Source: an uncultured Verrucomicrobiae bacterium (GTDB lineage: Bacteria > Verrucomicrobiota > Verrucomicrobiia > Limisphaerales > Palsa-1400). Taken from it: 64,000 nt of DNA. Positions 39,087 through 48,431 of this stretch are shown one piece after another. Made by a program: the position numbers and the translations under genes. The stretch lies in assembly GCA_963764165.1 (NCBI GenBank), contig CAVXRD010000001.1:736001-800000 (forward strand), read 5' to 3'. The notes below the pieces were generated by a model that made no database searches, was not told the origin of the DNA, and saw nothing but the letters and a program-made list of their open reading frames with translations. Every line of letters begins with the position of its first letter. The first letter of the stretch is position 1.

Positions 39087-39827
39087 CTACGGAGCGAGCG
39101 CATTCGCTCCCGACTTTGGCTCCAAATTCAGGCGATAGCCGATTCTCGGCTCCGTCACCAATAACTCTGGCTGCGCGGAATTGGATTCAATTTTGTCCCG
39201 CAGATGCGTCACGTAAACGTGCAAATAATGAGTCTTGTCAACATGATTGGGACCCCATACGGCCTCGAGAATTTGCGGATGCGTCAGCACCCTGCCGCAA
39301 TTTTGCACGAAGAGCCGCAAGATCGCGTACTCTGTTCCTGTCAATTTCACAACACTGCCCCGCACTTTCACCTGGCGCGAAACCATGTCCACTTTCAGCG
39401 GACCGGCCTCAAACACGCTTGCGCCGGGCTGCGCGGCGGCATGGCGCCGGGCGACCGCGGCCCGCTCCATCAACTCGCCCGTGCTGAAGGGCTTTGTGAC
39501 GTAATCGTCCGCTCCAGCGCGGAAGGCCCGGATTTTGTCCTGCTCCGAATCCCTCACGGAAAGAACGATGACCGGAACGCTCGACCATTCGCGCAGCATC
39601 GCCAGCGCGCCGAACCCGTCGAGCCCGGGCAATCCTAGGTCAAGTATGACCACTTCAGGTTTTTCGCTGGCAATCGCCGCCAGCCCTTCCCTCGCGTCCT
39701 CCGCCTCGATGACCTGGTAGCCTCTGGCCACAAAGCTCAATCGCAGCAGCCGCCGCAGTTGCGGTTCATCGTCAATAATAACAATGATCGGCTTGCCCGG
39801 AGGCTCGATTGCGATATTTGCATTCAT
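39087..39827 (-). CDS. kdpE: KdpE-like OmpR-family response regulator
   Basis: LDLGLP, LREWSSVPVIVLSVR, GADDYVTKPF, VLTH.QIL..VWG and HLRDKIE...TEPRIGY. Confidence 0.85.
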   Translation of the reverse strand: MNANIAIEPPGKPIIVIIDDEPQLRRLLRLSFVARGYQVIEAEDAREGLAAIASEKPEVVILDLGLPGLDGFGALAMLREWSSVPVIVLSVRDSEQDKIRAFRAGADDYVTKPFSTGELMERAAVARRHAAAQPGASVFEAGPLKVDMVSRQVKVRGSVVKLTGTEYAILRLFVQNCGRVLTHPQILEAVWGPNHVDKTHYLHVYVTHLRDKIESNSAQPELLVTEPRIGYRLNLEPKSGANALAP

Positions 39828-39917
39828 CGCGGTTGGAGGCTCACGTGAAAAAGGGCAGGCTCCGGGACACCCTCCGGAACCTGCCGCAAACCCCTGGCGC
39901 TCCTGCAAGCGCCAATC

Positions 39918-41510
39918 CTAGAAGTGATAAATAATGTCGAATTGCGCCGTGGCCTGGCTGCGGCGTGTGCCGTTGTCAAAGGGCTTCGCTTCGTCTGTTG
40001 GATCAATCGCGCTCCCGTGCGTTCCGTAGGAATGATCGAAACGAAGCTCAGGGCGGACGGTGATCAATTTTGACGGCCACCATGTGATTCCGATGGAATG
40101 CTCGGAATACAGCGTCGCGTAGCCGGTCCGCTGGCCGTTATTGTCATCGAACACTTCATTGCGGACTGTCAAGAAGACGCTGGGTCCGAGGCGGAACATG
40201 ACGTAATTGAGAGTCGCCCATTCGTCCGCGTAGCCGGGATGCACCGGATACTGCCCGTCGGTGTAACCCATGCCGCCCAATTGGCTGAGCGGCTCATCGG
40301 GCGCCGCCACAGGTACGGGATGCCCGAAACTTGAGCCGGGGCCGCCCGTTTGGCCGGGGGCATTTTCCTGGTACATGTACCAGGTTTCATGGGACACCCA
40401 GATTTTCTCGTTGAACTTGTAGCTGAGCGTGCCGACGTATTGCTGGATGTTGTTGAATCCCCACTGCGCGTTATTGAAGGAATTCGCGCCGCCGTAGAAA
40501 CTGAATTTATTATTGTCAGACTGGTATTGGATCATCACCGAACCGGTCGGCTGCGTGCCGGGATCCTGCGTTTCCCACGGCGTGACGTCGTTGCCGGCCG
40601 AAACGCCGCCCTGGATGATCCAGTTTTTGTTGAGCTTGAGCGTCGCAAACAATCCCCACTGCGTGTATGGATCAAATCCGTAAAGCAGCGAATGCGATGA
40701 CATCAAATTATTCGGGGCCAATTGCGCCTCAATGTCCGCCATGGAGATGATGCGCCCCAGCGTCAAATTCAACCCGTCCGCAATTTTTGGGATGTAGAGC
40801 GTGCCGTACATCATTGGATTATCCGTCCCGTAAAAGGCGTTGTGCTTGAGCAATTGGTCGCTGCCCCATCCGCGCGAAATCATGTAGCGATAGTCGAGTC
40901 CGTAAACCTGCGAAAGGCGAAATCCCCAATCGATGTGGTCGGTCTGGTTTTCGTCCGCGGTGCGCTCGGCGTAAAGAACAAATTGGTTCTGTTCCAGACG
41001 ATCGGAACGCTGGTCGTAAACTTCTGGAAAATTGTTGCCTTGCGAGGTGATTGGGTTGACGCCTTTCTTGTTCGAGGTGCTGACGTTCCCCGAGAAATCT
41101 TCCCAGCCGTAAAACTTGATTCGGTTGTCCGCCCAAAATTGGCCGTGCGGCCCGGCATACAGCGCTTCCATCAATGGGTAATCGGTGGTGATATTGGGGT
41201 CGCCAATGATTTCCGTGCCGCCGACCTGCCATTCCGGGTTTGGATAAGGGGGTGAATCAAACGGCGTCGCATTCCCTCGTCGGTTTGGTTGCGGAACCGC
41301 GTTCGTTCCACCCGCCGGAGCGGCATACGCCGACGCGCCAAGGTCGGCGCGATTCGCCTCGTCGAAACGGCGCCAGAAGCTCTCGTGCGCTTTGTTTGCG
41401 ACCGGCGTGCCACCAACGCTGTTCGTGGTTTCCTCGGCGCTCGGCGCGATGGCGCTTCCGAACCAACCCGCCGCAGCCAGCGCCAGCGTTATACAACGGA
41501 ACCGCATCAT
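39918..41510 (-). CDS. outer-membrane beta-barrel porin (BBP2/DUF1597-like)
   Basis: Signal peptide, amphipathic strands, DDNNGQRTG, RPELRFD and C-terminal Phe; start uncertain. Confidence 0.82.
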   Translation of the reverse strand: MMRFRCITLALAAAGWFGSAIAPSAEETTNSVGGTPVANKAHESFWRRFDEANRADLGASAYAAPAGGTNAVPQPNRRGNATPFDSPPYPNPEWQVGGTEIIGDPNITTDYPLMEALYAGPHGQFWADNRIKFYGWEDFSGNVSTSNKKGVNPITSQGNNFPEVYDQRSDRLEQNQFVLYAERTADENQTDHIDWGFRLSQVYGLDYRYMISRGWGSDQLLKHNAFYGTDNPMMYGTLYIPKIADGLNLTLGRIISMADIEAQLAPNNLMSSHSLLYGFDPYTQWGLFATLKLNKNWIIQGGVSAGNDVTPWETQDPGTQPTGSVMIQYQSDNNKFSFYGGANSFNNAQWGFNNIQQYVGTLSYKFNEKIWVSHETWYMYQENAPGQTGGPGSSFGHPVPVAAPDEPLSQLGGMGYTDGQYPVHPGYADEWATLNYVMFRLGPSVFLTVRNEVFDDNNGQRTGYATLYSEHSIGITWWPSKLITVRPELRFDHSYGTHGSAIDPTDEAKPFDNGTRRSQATAQFDIIYHF

Positions 41511-41605
41511 TCTATTTGACATCCTAAGCATATGAATCTGATTCTTGTGACAAATCACGATCCTACCGTAGAAGCAGAGGCCAGCGCAGGGTAATCAAAA
41601 CGCGA

Positions 41606-41634
41606 GTCAAGAATCTTAAAAAAACGTTAAAATG
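41606..41634 (-). promoter_or_regulatory. candidate KdpE binding site
   Basis: Minus strand CATTTTAACGTTTTTTTAAGATTCTTGAC resembles the T-rich E. coli kdpF operator; upstream of porin-kdpE. Confidence 0.5.
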
Positions 41635-41818
41635 GCACTGCTCGCCGCCTCGAATTCGGCGCATGCGGGTTACTCCCCACCCGAATCAGCGACCCGCGAA
41701 TCCGCTTCGCGCGGCCTTTTTTCATAGGTGGGCATGGTGTCTTCGGAGAGGTGTCTCCGCAAGTTGCCCTAGCTCCCAATCAGGTTGTGTCTTCGCCTGA
41801 GCAGACTAGGTTGCCCTC

Positions 41819-43402
41819 ATGGAAGGAGAAGATTCGACGTTAATTATCGGCGCGGGTCCCACAGGATTGGCTCTGGCAATTGAGCTGCAACGCGCCGGCC
41901 TGCCGTTTCGCATTATTGACAAATCAGCCGCGCCCGCCAGGCACTCGCAAGCCTTGGGCGTGCAATCGCGCACGCTGGAGCAGCTCGAACGCTACGGATT
42001 GGCCGAGGAGTTTGTGTCCCGCGGCCGCAAAGCGCATTCCTTCACCGCCACCAGCGATGGCAAGCCGCTGGTTTCGCTCGATTTCCGGGACATCCCGGGC
42101 CGCTATCCTTTTGGGCTCATGATTCCGCAATCAGCGACCGAGGAAATTTTGACCCGCAGCCTCGTGGAGCACGGAGGAGCCATCGAACGGGAGGTGGAAC
42201 TGCTCGGGTGCGAAAATGGTGTTGACGGAGTCCATAGCATTCTCGCCCACAAAACAGGGCGGATCGAGCAGGTCTTCACTCGCTGGCTCGTGGGTTGTGA
42301 CGGGGCGCGCAGCAAAGTGCGCCACGCCACTGGCATCAACTTTTCCGGGGAAATCGCGCCTCTCAGTTTCTTCCTCGCCGATTTGGAATTGAGCGGTCCG
42401 AATGTTCCGACCGAGGCCCTGCGAGTTTATTTGCACGACGGCGGCGCGCTTTTTGTCGCCCATTGGAGCGAAAAGATTTGGCGCCTCGTCATCATTTTCC
42501 ACGAACAAGCGCGGGCGCAAGACACTCCTGATCTGGCCGATTTTCAACGGGCTCTTGATGAATTTGCCGGCGGCGGAATGACCGCCTCGAATCCGATTTG
42601 GATGACACCGTTCCACGTGAACGAGCGCATCGCGGACCATTATCGGACCGGCAACATATTTCTCGCGGGCGACGCCGCGCACATTCACTCACCGGTCGCA
42701 GGGCAAGGGATGAACACCGGAATCCAGGACGCGGCGAATTTGGGTTGGAAACTCGCCGCCGTCCATCGCGGCGGTGATCCCAATATATTTTACAGCTACG
42801 AGGAAGAGCGCGCCACCGTCGGCCATGCGGTCCTGCGAGCCACATCGCGCGGGCTGAATGCGCTCACCACCACCAATCACCTTCTGCAAAAAGTTCGCGA
42901 TTTGTTCATGCCGATTGCCACGCGCTGGCCCCTCGTCCAGCGCACCGCCCTTGGGTTCATTTCCGAAACGGCCATTGATTATCGCGATTCGTCGATAGTG
43001 CATGATGAAGTTGGCGCTGGCCGGCTGCGGGCTGGCGATCGCGCGCCCAATCCGGACATTTATTCGCGCCGCTTCAAACCGCAGCGCCTGCTGGATGGTC
43101 TTTCCAGCGACCAGCATCTTGCCCTCGGCATCAATATTCAGGACGAATCCGCTTTCGATCACACCCTTCCCGGCATTCCCCATTTGCTGCTGATGACGGG
43201 AGCCAGCGCGACGCATTCCGTTCGCGCCGCCTGGAGCGACTTGGATCTCGCCGAGGAATTCGGCAGCGAACCGCAAATCATTCTCGTGCGCCCGGACGGT
43301 TACATCGGCCTGCGCTGCCGCGAAAAAGATCACGACTCGATCGAAGATTATTGCGATCTGGCGGGACTTCCTCTTTCGCACGTGGCGTCCGCCGCGTGGT
43401 GA
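41819..43402 (+). CDS. FAD-dependent aromatic monooxygenase (PheA/TfdB-like)
   Basis: GAGPTG, GCDGARS, LAGDAAHIHSPVAGQGMNTGIQDA and LVRPDGYI. Confidence 0.92.
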   Translation: MEGEDSTLIIGAGPTGLALAIELQRAGLPFRIIDKSAAPARHSQALGVQSRTLEQLERYGLAEEFVSRGRKAHSFTATSDGKPLVSLDFRDIPGRYPFGLMIPQSATEEILTRSLVEHGGAIEREVELLGCENGVDGVHSILAHKTGRIEQVFTRWLVGCDGARSKVRHATGINFSGEIAPLSFFLADLELSGPNVPTEALRVYLHDGGALFVAHWSEKIWRLVIIFHEQARAQDTPDLADFQRALDEFAGGGMTASNPIWMTPFHVNERIADHYRTGNIFLAGDAAHIHSPVAGQGMNTGIQDAANLGWKLAAVHRGGDPNIFYSYEEERATVGHAVLRATSRGLNALTTTNHLLQKVRDLFMPIATRWPLVQRTALGFISETAIDYRDSSIVHDEVGAGRLRAGDRAPNPDIYSRRFKPQRLLDGLSSDQHLALGINIQDESAFDHTLPGIPHLLLMTGASATHSVRAAWSDLDLAEEFGSEPQIILVRPDGYIGLRCREKDHDSIEDYCDLAGLPLSHVASAAW

Positions 43403-43412
43403 CGCGTTTCCG

Positions 43413-43518
43413 AAGGTAGGGACGCCTCGCCGAGGCGTTCGGTTGCGCGTGAAAAATGCCACCGCTTGCGAGTAAATAATGCCTCACCCCGGACGCCTCG
43501 GCGAGGCGTCCCTACCTT
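43413..43518. repeat. GTAG-type REP doublet, family A
   Basis: AAGGTAGGGACGCCTCGCCGAGGCG ... GGACGCCTCGGCGAGGCGTCCCTACCTT. Confidence 0.88.
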
Positions 43519-43551
43519 AGTTAGAATTCTTCTCTTGCCAGAAGGCGGGGC

Positions 43552-43569
43552 TTGTGAAAAGTTTCACGA
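43552..43569. promoter_or_regulatory. candidate Rex operator
   Basis: TTGTGAA-AAGT-TTCACGA, one mismatch to TTGTGAA-N4-TTCACAA, 39 bp before the ATG at 43609. Confidence 0.6.
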
Positions 43570-43608
43570 ACGGGAGGAAAAGCCCTCGACTTCCTTCCCC
43601 ATGCTTTT

Positions 43609-44697
43609 ATGACACACGTGAAATTGCACATACCGGGACCGGTCGAAGTCAGCGAAAAAACATTCCGCGCGTTTTCGTCGCCGATGATCGGCCATCGCGG
43701 CCAGGGGTTCAAAGACCTTTACGCCAAAATGCAGCCGCAGTTGCAACAATTGCTGTACACCAAGCAGCTCGTTTATCTGAGCACCTCCTCCGCGTGGGGC
43801 GTGATGGAAGGCGCCATCCGCAATCTCGTCAAGAAACGCGTGCTCAACTGCATGTGCGGCGCCTTCTCGGACAAGTGGCTCGATGTATCCAAACGCTGCG
43901 GCAAGGAAGCCGAAGGCCTGCAAGTGCCGTGGGGCTCTCCCATTCTCGCCTCCCAAGTTGAAGCGAAACTTTCGACCGGGCAATTCGACGCCCTGACGCT
44001 GATTCACAACGAAACCTCCACCGGCACCATGAGCCCGCTCTACGAAATCGCCGCGCTCAAGAAGAAGTTTCCAGACGTGATGTTTATCATTGATGCCGTC
44101 AGCTCGATGACCGCGATTAAAATGGAGTTCGACGCCCTCGGCATCGACGTCCTGTTGGCGGGAACGCAAAAGGCTTTCGCCATGCCGCCGGGATTGTCGG
44201 TGTTCGTCTGCTCGCCCGCCGCGCTGGCCAAGGCAGCGACGGTGTCCGATCGCGGATATTATTTTGACTTCGTCGAATTCCAGAAAAACGCCGAGCAAGA
44301 CATGACGCCAAGCACGCCCAGCATCGGCCATGTCTACGCGCTAGCCTCGAAGCTTGAGGACATTTTCGCCGAAGGCTTGGACGCTCGTTTTGCCCGCCAC
44401 GCGAAGCTCGCCCGCATGACGCAAGCGTGGGCCCTGCGGAACGGTTTCAATTTCTTCCCCGAGCCCGGCTACGAATCCGTCACCCTGACCTGCGTCAACA
44501 ACGGCGCAAAACCCGGCGGTCGCGCCGTCGACGTCGCGAAGCTGCAGAAGCTGGTCAAAGAAAAGGGATTCCTGATCGACGGCGGCTACGGAAAAATCAA
44601 AGGCACGACCTTCCGCATTTCGAACATGGGTGACGAGACCGAGCAAACCATGAACGAACTCTACACCGCCCTCGACGACGCCTTGAAGAAATTGTAA
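43609..44697 (+). CDS. class V aminotransferase (alanine-glyoxylate / serine-pyruvate family)
   Basis: IPGPV, MIGHRG, HNETSTG, IDAVSS, GTQKAFAMPPGL, TPSTP and FRISNMG. Confidence 0.92.
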   Translation: MTHVKLHIPGPVEVSEKTFRAFSSPMIGHRGQGFKDLYAKMQPQLQQLLYTKQLVYLSTSSAWGVMEGAIRNLVKKRVLNCMCGAFSDKWLDVSKRCGKEAEGLQVPWGSPILASQVEAKLSTGQFDALTLIHNETSTGTMSPLYEIAALKKKFPDVMFIIDAVSSMTAIKMEFDALGIDVLLAGTQKAFAMPPGLSVFVCSPAALAKAATVSDRGYYFDFVEFQKNAEQDMTPSTPSIGHVYALASKLEDIFAEGLDARFARHAKLARMTQAWALRNGFNFFPEPGYESVTLTCVNNGAKPGGRAVDVAKLQKLVKEKGFLIDGGYGKIKGTTFRISNMGDETEQTMNELYTALDDALKKL

Positions 44698-45178
44698 GGA
44701 AGCGGCATTGGCGCATGTCTGGCTGATTCCCTCGCCCCGCCTGTGGGGAGAGGTCCAAGGGAGAGGGGAACTTAGCAAATGATTAAGGCCCGTACGATTG
44801 CCATGCAAATGACTTCAAGAAAGCCTTTATTGGACGCCCGTCTTTTCTTTTCTCTCCCCGCCGGGCGGGGTGAGAGCGATCACTTGTCGGCCTGCCGTGC
44901 GTCTGCCAACCTCGTCAAAAAACTGCCAAATCACCGGAGACCGCACAATTTTACATTTCAAAAACCAGTGAGATTGACGGCGATTTGGTGAGATTTGGTG
45001 CGATTTGCCGATACTGAAGGGAACCTGGAGCCTCTGTCCTTTTTGCCCAGATGCGATCAGGAGTCACCTAATCAAACAGAGCACAGCATTCAATGTGCAT
45101 ATAATGCATATAAAATCTCCAAAAACCCGCTACACCCGCTACATCGTTGATTATCAACCAGATAAACCCTACAAAAAA

Positions 45179-45497
45179 GGTTCCTCGCCATTTTCGGTGG
45201 AATGAGACAACTCGTTAGCCGTCGTTGCGGGACAACCCATTTGGAATCCAGGCTTGGCACTGGCTTGGCCAAAGCTCGTTATAGTGTATGATCTCGAAAA
45301 AGGGGCAACACCCGCTACACGGTTGACCATCAACGAGATAAGGGGCAACAAAAATAGCAACAAACCCGCAACAGACCCGCAACATTTCTTCCCGCGCTGT
45401 CGGGTTGCATGAAACGCGGCGTCTTTCCGTCGTTCCCTGAAAATTTTCATCAAGATGCCTGCACCATCATTTGTTCCATTGAAAACAGCGAGGAACC
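45179..45497. mobile_element. 319-bp MITE with GG-terminal TIRs, inserted in a related element
   Basis: 24-bp TIRs GGTTCCTCGCCATTTTCGGTGGAA / TTCCATTGAAAACAGCGAGGAACC (20/24 match); flanks TACAAAAAA and TACAAAAA. Confidence 0.75.
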
Positions 45498-45671
45498 TAC
45501 AAAAACGGCTACAGAGCCGCTACATTCGTTCCCACTGGAGCCAATTGAATGAAACAGGGTGCTTTCTTTGGCATCCCAAGGCTGTCAGCGCGGAAGCGTT
45601 GGCCATAATTCATTTCACTGAAAACAGCGGGGCACTGGCGAAGGTGTGTAACAACGTTGTTAATCAACCAC

Positions 45672-45873
45672 TTAGCCGTAAAAACTCAGTCGAAAACGGG
45701 AGCGCGACTGTCTCGGTCGCCTCCGGTCGGCGTCTCGCCGACTGGCCACCGCAGACCAAATCAGTTCACTATTTGGTGAAGCCGGGGTGAATGCAGGATG
45801 CCTTCGGCGGGACGCCGAAGGCGGCGGTCGAGACGACCGCGCTCCCCATTTTCACCTGCATGGATACGGCTTA
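45672..45873. repeat. ~200-bp palindromic REPIN/MITE-like element, family D
   Basis: TTAGCCGTA...TACGGCTTA ends with internal paired hairpins; homologous to 59216-59415 (inverted). Confidence 0.8.
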
Positions 45874-46282
45874 GACTAGTCCGTCACAAACGATTCCTCG
45901 CCAAACCAAAACAAATAGTTAGGGCGCTTGCCTCGCCGCGAAAGCCAAGGGTGCAATAGCGTGCAACGCCCCGACCACGATTTTTAGCCGCCCTTCCTCA
46001 CAGTCCGTTAAAAGGCAACCGCTCCCCCTGGCGGGGAATCCGCAAAATTTCAAAGAACATGCCCTGATGGCGACAGGGAGGAACATAAGGCCGAAGCCTC
46101 TTTTGTCAATTAAGACTGCAATTGCACGCTTCTGTGGTATTATGAGGCATGACAAACGAAACATAATTGCAGCACTAATTCTACCCGATTTCCTGCTTCC
46201 CGCATGGCCCCGCGATTGGACGGTGTCTCCGGCGGAAGCTAAGACGGAACGGGGCGGAATTGACAGGGGAGTTTTTCGGTGA

Positions 46283-46520
46283 GGAACTCTGCGTTCTCTG
46301 CGCGTCTGCGCGAGATTGCGATTCGTGCCACGATGAAACCAAAGGAGATCACTGTCCAGATCGTCGATACCGCTTGTCGCGTTTTGGCTGGCGCGAATCA
46401 AGGACGGTATCACACACTGCGTCGACGGCCTGCCGGAGGAAAAGAATTATCGCGCAGAGAAGATGAGTGCGCAGAGGCAAACAAAGACAAACCGCTCTCC
46501 ACTGAAAACGGTGAGGATCG
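46283..46520. repeat. CGCAGAG-repeat element, copy 2, with GxxExxY-like gene stub
   Basis: Same ends as the 29285 copy; internal stub MKPKEITVQIVDTACRV. Confidence 0.7.
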
Positions 46521-46670
46521 GTCACAGTGCGGCATCTGATTGACGCCACCGGGCCATGCGCGTTTCAGGAGTTTGGTGAAGTTTTCGCGTGCTTTTTTTA
46601 GCTCTGTAAGCAGAATTATTACACTTTAGTTGAAAGCCATCACGAAATTTAACGACGAAAGAATTGCGAA

Positions 46671-48431
46671 ATGACTTCGACCACTCCCCTGCCCGCCGCC
46701 CTTCGCCGCTATAATATTTTCCTCCTGCTGGTCGCCGGGCTCGGCGGCCTGCTTTATGGCGTGGATGTCGGGATCATCGCGGGGGCGCTGCCGTATCTGG
46801 AGGCGACTTCGAAATTCACCTCCGGCCAGCTTTCGCTGATCGTCGCGGCGGTGCTTCTCGGCAGCGTCATTTCCACTCTCTTTGCCGGGCTGTTGTCCGA
46901 TTGGCTGGGGCGGAAGACGATGATGATTATCAGCGGGGCTCTGTTCGTCATCAGCATTCCGGCGATTGCCCTGTCGCACGGCTACGGGCCTCTGATCATG
47001 GGACGGTTGCTGCAAGGCATCAGCGGCGGGTTCATCGGTGTTGTCGTGCCGCTCTATCTGGCGGAATGCCTCAATGCTTCCAATCGCGGCAAGGGCACCG
47101 GCATTTTCCAGTGGCTGCTGACGTTTGGAATTTTGGCGGCGGCAATCATCGGGCTGTATTTCAGCGCGAAGGTCGATGCGGTCAAACTTCTGGGCGACAA
47201 GGACAAGGTTTTCGCGGTCCAGGAATATGCGTGGCGCGGCATTTTCTGGGTGTCGCTGCCGCCGGGAATTCTCTTTGTGATCGGCGGTTTCATGCTGACC
47301 GAATCGCCGCGCTGGCTTTACCGCAAGGGACGGATCGCCGCAGCCCGCGCCGCCCTTCTGCGTTCCCGCACCGAGAATCAAATGGAGGTCGAAATCAAAG
47401 AGATGGAGCTGACCATTGCTTCAGAAAACACCAAGACCGCCGGTTCAGCCGCCAAAGAATCGCTGTTCCATAAGAAGTACGTCATCCCGTTCGTTCTTGC
47501 CTGCATCATTCTTGCCTGCAATCAAGCCACCGGCGTCAATTCGATTTTGGCGTATACGCCGACGGTTCTTCTTCAGGCCGGCCTTTCGGATTTGAGCGCG
47601 CACCAGGCGGATCTTTATCTAAAGACCATCAACTTCCTCGCCACCATCGGGGCCGTCCTGCTGGTCGAGCGCAAGGGGCGCAAGTTCCTGCTGAGCATGG
47701 GGACATTGGGAATCATTTTTTCGCTCTTTTACGCGGGCATCGTATTCCGTGCGGTTGACAACAAACGCGTCGAATGCCGGGATGCGCTGCAAGCGATGGT
47801 GGACAAGCAATCGCTGAAGTTTACCTACGACGATAAACTCGCGGCGGCCCTCGCGCCCAAAGGCGCCGAGGCTTCCAAACCCACCACGCTGGTGGTCATT
47901 TATTCCTACGGCGATTTCCACAGCGCGACTCCGGCTATTCGCTCCGATGCGGGCACGACCAAAGAAATCACCACGAACGACCTTCCGAAAACCAAAGTCG
48001 AGGCGTGGTTCTCCAACCCCGCCGCGGACCTGGATGCCATGCGCGCCGCGCCGCTCCACATCGACAATGCCATCATCACGCCGATACCAGGCTCCAACAC
48101 GGGCTGGACGGTTGCCGTTTGCCTTTACGTTTTCATGGCGTTTTACGCCGTTGGCCCCGGGGTTTGCGTTTGGCTTGCGCTGTCGGAATTGATGCCGACC
48201 CGCATCCGCTCCAACGGCATGAGCATCGCGCTCCTTTTCAATCAGGCCGTTTCCACAACCATCGCCGCCGTCTATCTGCCAACGGTCGGAAAGCATGGCA
48301 ACGCCAGCATGATGTTCCTTTTTGCCGGATGCACGGTGATTTATTTCATCACCGCCGCATTTTTTCTGCCGGAGACGAAGGGCAAAACGCTTGAGGAAAT
48401 CGAGGCGCATTTCGAGCGCAAGAAAACGTGA
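46671..48431 (+). CDS. MFS sugar porter with large inserted loop domain
   Basis: GGLLYGVD, DWLGRK, YLAE....RG, ESPRWL, ERKGRK and PETKGKTLEEIE. Confidence 0.93.
   Translation: MTSTTPLPAALRRYNIFLLLVAGLGGLLYGVDVGIIAGALPYLEATSKFTSGQLSLIVAAVLLGSVISTLFAGLLSDWLGRKTMMIISGALFVISIPAIALSHGYGPLIMGRLLQGISGGFIGVVVPLYLAECLNASNRGKGTGIFQWLLTFGILAAAIIGLYFSAKVDAVKLLGDKDKVFAVQEYAWRGIFWVSLPPGILFVIGGFMLTESPRWLYRKGRIAAARAALLRSRTENQMEVEIKEMELTIASENTKTAGSAAKESLFHKKYVIPFVLACIILACNQATGVNSILAYTPTVLLQAGLSDLSAHQADLYLKTINFLATIGAVLLVERKGRKFLLSMGTLGIIFSLFYAGIVFRAVDNKRVECRDALQAMVDKQSLKFTYDDKLAAALAPKGAEASKPTTLVVIYSYGDFHSATPAIRSDAGTTKEITTNDLPKTKVEAWFSNPAADLDAMRAAPLHIDNAIITPIPGSNTGWTVAVCLYVFMAFYAVGPGVCVWLALSELMPTRIRSNGMSIALLFNQAVSTTIAAVYLPTVGKHGNASMMFLFAGCTVIYFITAAFFLPETKGKTLEEIEAHFERKKT

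Noticed and set aside
41545..41560. Rex or CRP site TTGTGA-CAAA-TCACGA
   Set aside because: The spacer is 2 bp too short for either consensus
41660..41725. Riboswitch or attenuator upstream of the FAD monooxygenase
   Set aside because: A hairpin and T-tract are present, but I recognise no aptamer consensus
46010..46100. c-di-GMP-I riboswitch-like stretch (GGCAACC...CGCAAAA)
   Set aside because: No GNRA tetraloop or receptor, no convincing P1 stem and no clear downstream gene; an Infernal/Rfam search would be needed
45919..46413. 164-aa minus-strand ORF
   Set aside because: It runs through repeat elements and shows no recognisable motifs; probably spurious
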